Shown here in pieces: positions 58,538 to 64,000 of a stretch of 64,000 nucleotides of DNA (its first letter is position 1; every line of letters begins with the position of its first letter). Location of the stretch: NCBI RefSeq assembly GCF_013122565.1, contig NZ_CP053258.1; one strand, given 5' to 3'. The notes below the pieces were generated by a model, which was given only the letters and a program-made list of their open reading frames with translations, was not told where the DNA came from and made no database searches. Source of the stretch: Escherichia coli (lineage in GTDB: Bacteria > Pseudomonadota > Gammaproteobacteria > Enterobacterales > Enterobacteriaceae). A program made the position numbers and the translations under genes.

Positions 58538-58614
58538 GGCTACGTAGCTCAGTTGGTTAGAGCACATCACTCATAATGATGGGGTCACAGGTTCGAATCC
58601 CGTCGTAGCCACCA
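58538..58614 (+). tRNA. metU: tRNA-Met (elongator, anticodon CAT), duplicate
   Basis: Identical to the metT sequence. Confidence 0.95.
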
Positions 58615-58662
58615 AATTCTGAATGTGTCGAATACGTTCGGCAAATTCAAAAACCAATTTGT

Positions 58663-58737
58663 TGGGGTATCGCCAAGCGGTAAGGCACCGGATTCTGATT
58701 CCGGCATTCCGAGGTTCGAATCCTCGTACCCCAGCCA
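58663..58737 (+). tRNA. glnV: tRNA-Gln (anticodon CTG)
   Basis: TGGGGTATCGCCAAGCGGTAAGGCACCGGATTCTGATTCCGGCATTCCGAGGTTCGAATCCTCGTACCCCAGCCA. Confidence 0.95.
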
Positions 58738-58774
58738 ATTTATTCAAGACGCTTACCTTGTAAGTGCACCCAGT

Positions 58775-58849
58775 TGGGGTATCGCCAAGCGGTAAGGCAC
58801 CGGATTCTGATTCCGGCATTCCGAGGTTCGAATCCTCGTACCCCAGCCA
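58775..58849 (+). tRNA. glnX: tRNA-Gln (anticodon CTG), duplicate
   Basis: Identical to the glnV sequence. Confidence 0.95.
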
Positions 58850-58856
58850 CATTAGA

Positions 58857-58890
58857 AAAGCTCGCTTCGGCGGGCTTTTTGCTTTTTTGC
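58857..58890 (+). terminator. Intrinsic terminator of the tRNA operon
   Basis: AAAAGCTCGCTTCGGCGGGCTTTTTGCTTTTTTGCG: GC stem with tetraloop followed by T-runs. Confidence 0.7.
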
Positions 58891-58967
58891 GTATATTCAA
58901 TGTCGAATGCGATGTTGACTCGTCTTATCCTTCAAAGTCGGATGCGACGCTGCCGCGTCTTATCCGA

Positions 58968-60191
<1,224 letters not shown>

Positions 60192-60192
60192 C

Positions 60193-60252
<60 letters not shown>

Positions 60253-60281
60253 GTTGGCATGCATCCAGCAATGTTGTGAGG

Positions 60282-61457
60282 CTACACCCCTAACGCATAT
60301 TTCAGCGCCTGACGTTTCAACACGCCAGCACGCTCCGCCGCCATCAAACCAAGATTACGCACAAAACGCAGCGGCGGCAGATTATTACTGAATCCGGCAT
60401 AAAACAGATCCATACCACTTTGCATAATGAAGTTATCCGCCATGCGCCGCATCTGGTAACGCTTGAGGACAGGATAACTGGCCCACGCTTCGCCATAGCT
60501 ACGGGCGTTGACCAGAACATCAATCAGGGCATCGACATCACGATAACCAAGATTCACCCCCTGCCCCGCCAGCGGATGGATGGTATGCGCGGCATCGCCC
60601 ACCAGCGCAAGCCCTGGTTGCACATACTGCAACGCATGGCGACGTGTCAGCGGAAACGCACCAGCGGCAAGCGGTGTAACGTAACCCAGACGCGACGGGA
60701 AATGCTTCGCGATTTCCGCCTGGAGCTGCGCCATATTCATATTCTGCAACTGGCGAATGCGCGCCGGAGAGTCATACCACACCAGCGATGCCCAGTTATC
60801 AAACAACGGCAGAAACGCACGCGGTCCGTCCGGGGTAAATTGCTGCCAGGTGCTATCGCCGGGATCGTTCTCGCACTGGATGCTAATCAACATGCACGAC
60901 TGCGCATACTGCCAGGCATGAACGCCAATTCCCGCCATCTGCCGCACCTGCGAATTTGCGCCGTCGGCACCAATCACCAGCTTCGCGCGGATCGTTTCTC
61001 CACCCTTCAGTTCCAGCTCCTGAAGATCATCATGGCGATGCAGCGCAATCAGTGAGCCTGGCACACGTAACGTTACTTTCGGATGCGCTTCCAGCGCCTG
61101 CCACAGCGCCTGTTGCAGGACGGTGTTTTCCACCATATAGCCAAGCAACGGTAGCTTAAGTTCAGCAGCATCAAACACCACATGCGCCGTTTCCCACTCC
61201 CACGTTTCCAGTCTGTGGTAAGGATGGCAACGCATAGCCTGTACTGCATCCCAGACCCCTAACCCTTTAAGCAATGATACCGAAGCCGCGCTGATCGCCG
61301 AGATCCGCACGTCCGGTTGGCTATCAGCGACAAACGGCGCTGGTTCTGCGTGCTCGATCACCGTTACCGAAAATCCGTGCTGTGCCAGCCCCAGCGCCAG
61401 TGCGCCGCCGACCATTCCTCCGCCGACAATGGCAATTTCCGTTGGTTGATTTGTCAT
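60282..61457 (-). CDS. ubiF: FAD-dependent ubiquinone biosynthesis hydroxylase
   Basis: Start trimmed to MTNQPTEIAIVGGGMVGGALALGLAQHGF (FAD GxGxxG); about 391 aa. Confidence 0.95.
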   Translation of the reverse strand: MTNQPTEIAIVGGGMVGGALALGLAQHGFSVTVIEHAEPAPFVADSQPDVRISAISAASVSLLKGLGVWDAVQAMRCHPYHRLETWEWETAHVVFDAAELKLPLLGYMVENTVLQQALWQALEAHPKVTLRVPGSLIALHRHDDLQELELKGGETIRAKLVIGADGANSQVRQMAGIGVHAWQYAQSCMLISIQCENDPGDSTWQQFTPDGPRAFLPLFDNWASLVWYDSPARIRQLQNMNMAQLQAEIAKHFPSRLGYVTPLAAGAFPLTRRHALQYVQPGLALVGDAAHTIHPLAGQGVNLGYRDVDALIDVLVNARSYGEAWASYPVLKRYQMRRMADNFIMQSGMDLFYAGFSNNLPPLRFVRNLGLMAAERAGVLKRQALKYALGV

Positions 61458-61602
61458 GGTCAATCATCCTGTTAGCAATATGCTTTAAGTTTACAGGATT
61501 TTTACCCCTAAGGGCTGATAACGCTCATACTGGTCACAACGGCAGCAAAGCATTACACTATGCGCCCTGCATTCCTGGCTACTATTTCGCAAGAGCAAGT
61601 CG

Positions 61603-63027
61603 ATGACCAAAAAACTCCATATTAAAACCTGGGGCTGTCAGATGAACGAGTACGATTCATCGAAGATGGCCGATCTGCTGGATGCCACCCACGGCTATCA
61701 ACTGACCGACGTGGCGGAAGAAGCGGATGTGCTGCTGCTGAACACCTGCTCAATCCGCGAGAAGGCTCAGGAAAAGGTCTTCCATCAGTTGGGTCGCTGG
61801 AAACTGTTAAAAGAGAAGAATCCAGACCTGATTATCGGCGTCGGTGGCTGCGTGGCATCGCAAGAAGGCGAGCACATTCGCCAGCGCGCCCACTATGTCG
61901 ATATTATTTTTGGGCCGCAAACGCTGCACCGTCTGCCGGAGATGATCAACTCCGTGCGCGGCGACCGCAGCCCGGTTGTAGATATCAGCTTCCCGGAAAT
62001 CGAGAAGTTTGACCGTCTACCGGAACCGCGCGCCGAAGGGCCGACCGCGTTTGTCTCCATCATGGAAGGCTGCAATAAATATTGCACCTACTGCGTGGTG
62101 CCTTACACCCGTGGTGAAGAGGTAAGCCGTCCGTCTGACGATATTCTGTTTGAGATTGCCCAGCTTGCGGCTCAGGGCGTGCGTGAAGTCAACCTGCTCG
62201 GTCAGAACGTGAATGCCTGGCGTGGTGAAAACTACGACGGCACCACCGGATCGTTTGCCGATCTGCTGCGTCTGGTTGCAGCGATCGACGGGATCGATCG
62301 TATTCGCTTTACCACCAGTCATCCGATCGAATTCACCGACGATATCATCGAAGTGTACCGCGACACGCCGGAGCTGGTGAGCTTCCTGCATCTGCCGGTA
62401 CAGAGCGGTTCCGATCGCATTCTGAACCTGATGGGCCGTACCCATACGGCGCTGGAGTACAAAGCGATCATCCGTAAACTGCGTGCGGCGCGTCCGGATA
62501 TTCAGATCAGTTCTGATTTCATTGTTGGCTTCCCTGGCGAAACCACCGAAGACTTCGAGAAAACGATGAAGCTGATTGCCGACGTCAATTTCGACATGAG
62601 CTACAGCTTTATCTTCTCTGCACGTCCGGGTACACCAGCCGCCGATATGGTTGATGATGTTCCGGAAGAAGAGAAGAAGCAGCGTCTGTATATTCTGCAA
62701 GAGCGCATTAATCAGCAAGCGATGGCGTGGAGCCGTCGGATGCTCGGCACCACCCAGCGTATTCTGGTAGAAGGGACTTCACGTAAGAGCATCATGGAGC
62801 TTTCCGGGCGTACGGAAAATAACCGCGTGGTCAACTTCGAAGGCACGCCGGATATGATCGGTAAATTCGTCGATGTAGAAATTACCGACGTCTACCCGAA
62901 CTCTCTGCGCGGTAAAGTGGTGCGAACTGAAGATGAAATGGGTCTGCGCGTGGCAGAAACACCAGAATCGGTGATTGCCCGTACTCGCAAAGAAAACGAC
63001 CTTGGTGTGGGTTATTATCAGCCGTAA
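61603..63027 (+). CDS. miaB: tRNA-i6A37 methylthiotransferase (radical SAM)
   Basis: 474 aa, [19 protein letters not shown]..., radical-SAM CxxxCxxC (CNKYCTYC), TRAM domain. Confidence 0.98.
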
Positions 63028-63179
63028 TTCTCAGGCCCGCCGTTCCGGTGGGCCTTGTTTTTTCTCTCTTTATCCCCATCTTTATCGCAATGCTTGCGCC
63101 TTTTTCCTGTGGCGTGAATAATTTCCTTATAGGCCGGTGAATGTTCAGCTTCCGGCGGCATACAGATAAGAGGAACGGT

Positions 63180-64000
63180 TTGAACATAGACACTCGCGAA
63201 ATCACCCTGGAGCCAGCAGACAACGCGCGTCTGTTGAGCCTGTGCGGCCCGTTTGATGACAACATCAAGCAGCTCGAACGCCGTCTCGGCATCGAGATCA
63301 ATCGCCGCGATAACCACTTTAAACTGACCGGCCGTCCGATTTGCGTCACCGCTGCGGCAGACATTCTGCGTAGCCTGTATGTCGATACTGCCCCGATGCG
63401 CGGTCAGATTCAGGATATTGAACCGGAACAGATCCACCTTGCGATTAAAGAAGCGCGGGTACTGGAGCAAAGCGCGGAGAGCGTGCCGGAGTACGGCAAA
63501 GCGGTCAATATCAAAACTAAACGCGGCGTAATTAAGCCGCGCACGCCAAACCAGGCGCAGTACATCGCCAATATTCTCGACCATGACATTACCTTCGGCG
63601 TTGGCCCGGCGGGTACGGGTAAAACCTACCTGGCAGTGGCTGCAGCAGTTGATGCCCTGGAGCGTCAGGAAATTCGCCGTATTCTGCTGACTCGTCCGGC
63701 GGTCGAAGCCGGTGAGAAACTGGGGTTCCTGCCTGGCGATTTAAGCCAGAAAGTAGACCCGTATCTGCGCCCACTGTACGACGCGCTGTTTGAAATGCTG
63801 GGCTTTGAGAAAGTCGAGAAACTGATTGAGCGCAACGTTATTGAAGTCGCGCCGCTGGCCTATATGCGTGGTCGTACGCTGAATGACGCCTTTATCATTC
63901 TCGATGAGAGCCAGAACACCACCATCGAACAGATGAAGATGTTCCTGACCCGTATCGGTTTTAACTCAAAAGCGGTTATCACCGGCGACGTCACGCAGAT
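63180..64000 (+). CDS. ybeZ: PhoH-like ATPase, 3' end lies outside the window
   Basis: TTG start with AAGAGGA Shine-Dalgarno; translation (L/M)NIDTREITLEPADNARLLSLCGP... with Walker A GPAGTGKTYLA. Frame is open to the window end, so the ORF track does not list it. Confidence 0.85.
   Translation, partial: MNIDTREITLEPADNARLLSLCGPFDDNIKQLERRLGIEINRRDNHFKLTGRPICVTAAADILRSLYVDTAPMRGQIQDIEPEQIHLAIKEARVLEQSAESVPEYGKAVNIKTKRGVIKPRTPNQAQYIANILDHDITFGVGPAGTGKTYLAVAAAVDALERQEIRRILLTRPAVEAGEKLGFLPGDLSQKVDPYLRPLYDALFEMLGFEKVEKLIERNVIEVAPLAYMRGRTLNDAFIILDESQNTTIEQMKMFLTRIGFNSKAVITGDVTQ

Noticed and set aside
58178-58900. Several 60-110-aa ORFs overlapping the tRNA genes
   Set aside because: They are translations through tRNA sequence (repeated GFEPGNAGI... 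peptides reflect the duplicated tRNAs), not protein genes.

Overview
The window is an Escherichia coli-type chromosomal segment, syntenic (in reverse orientation) with the K-12 region that I recall as miaB-ubiF-tRNA cluster-asnB-nagDCAB/nagE-glnS-chiPQ-fur-fldA-seqA-pgm-kdpFABCDE-phr-dtpD-pxp-nei-abrB-ybgDQPO-gltA-sdhCDAB-sucABCD. Most of it is conserved core metabolism (TCA cycle, Kdp potassium pump, GlcNAc catabolism) with typical REP/BIME repeats and well-known regulatory sites. Four things stand out against that backbone. (1) A complete 1279-bp IS110-family element (IS621-like) sits in a REP just downstream of the seven-tRNA operon; its 5' non-coding end carries a structured bridge-RNA-like region whose internal loops repeat the element's own insertion-site and right-end sequences, and its two ends carry the halves of a split promoter. 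(2) The left edge of the window (1..4252) is accessory DNA that abuts the sucD 3' terminator: a FumA-like class I fumarase (5'-truncated by the window) translationally coupled to a CobO/BtuR-like adenosyltransferase, a LysR regulator, and an orphan RtcB-family RNA ligase behind a 590-bp AT-rich leader. (3) ybfA and ybgA are adjacent, i.e. the RhsC island of K-12 is absent. (4) kdpE is followed directly by an intact ybfG-like gene, with no speF-potE. No CRISPR array or prophage was seen. All calls rest on reading the sequence and the ORF track; no database search was possible, and comparisons to K-12 are from memory.
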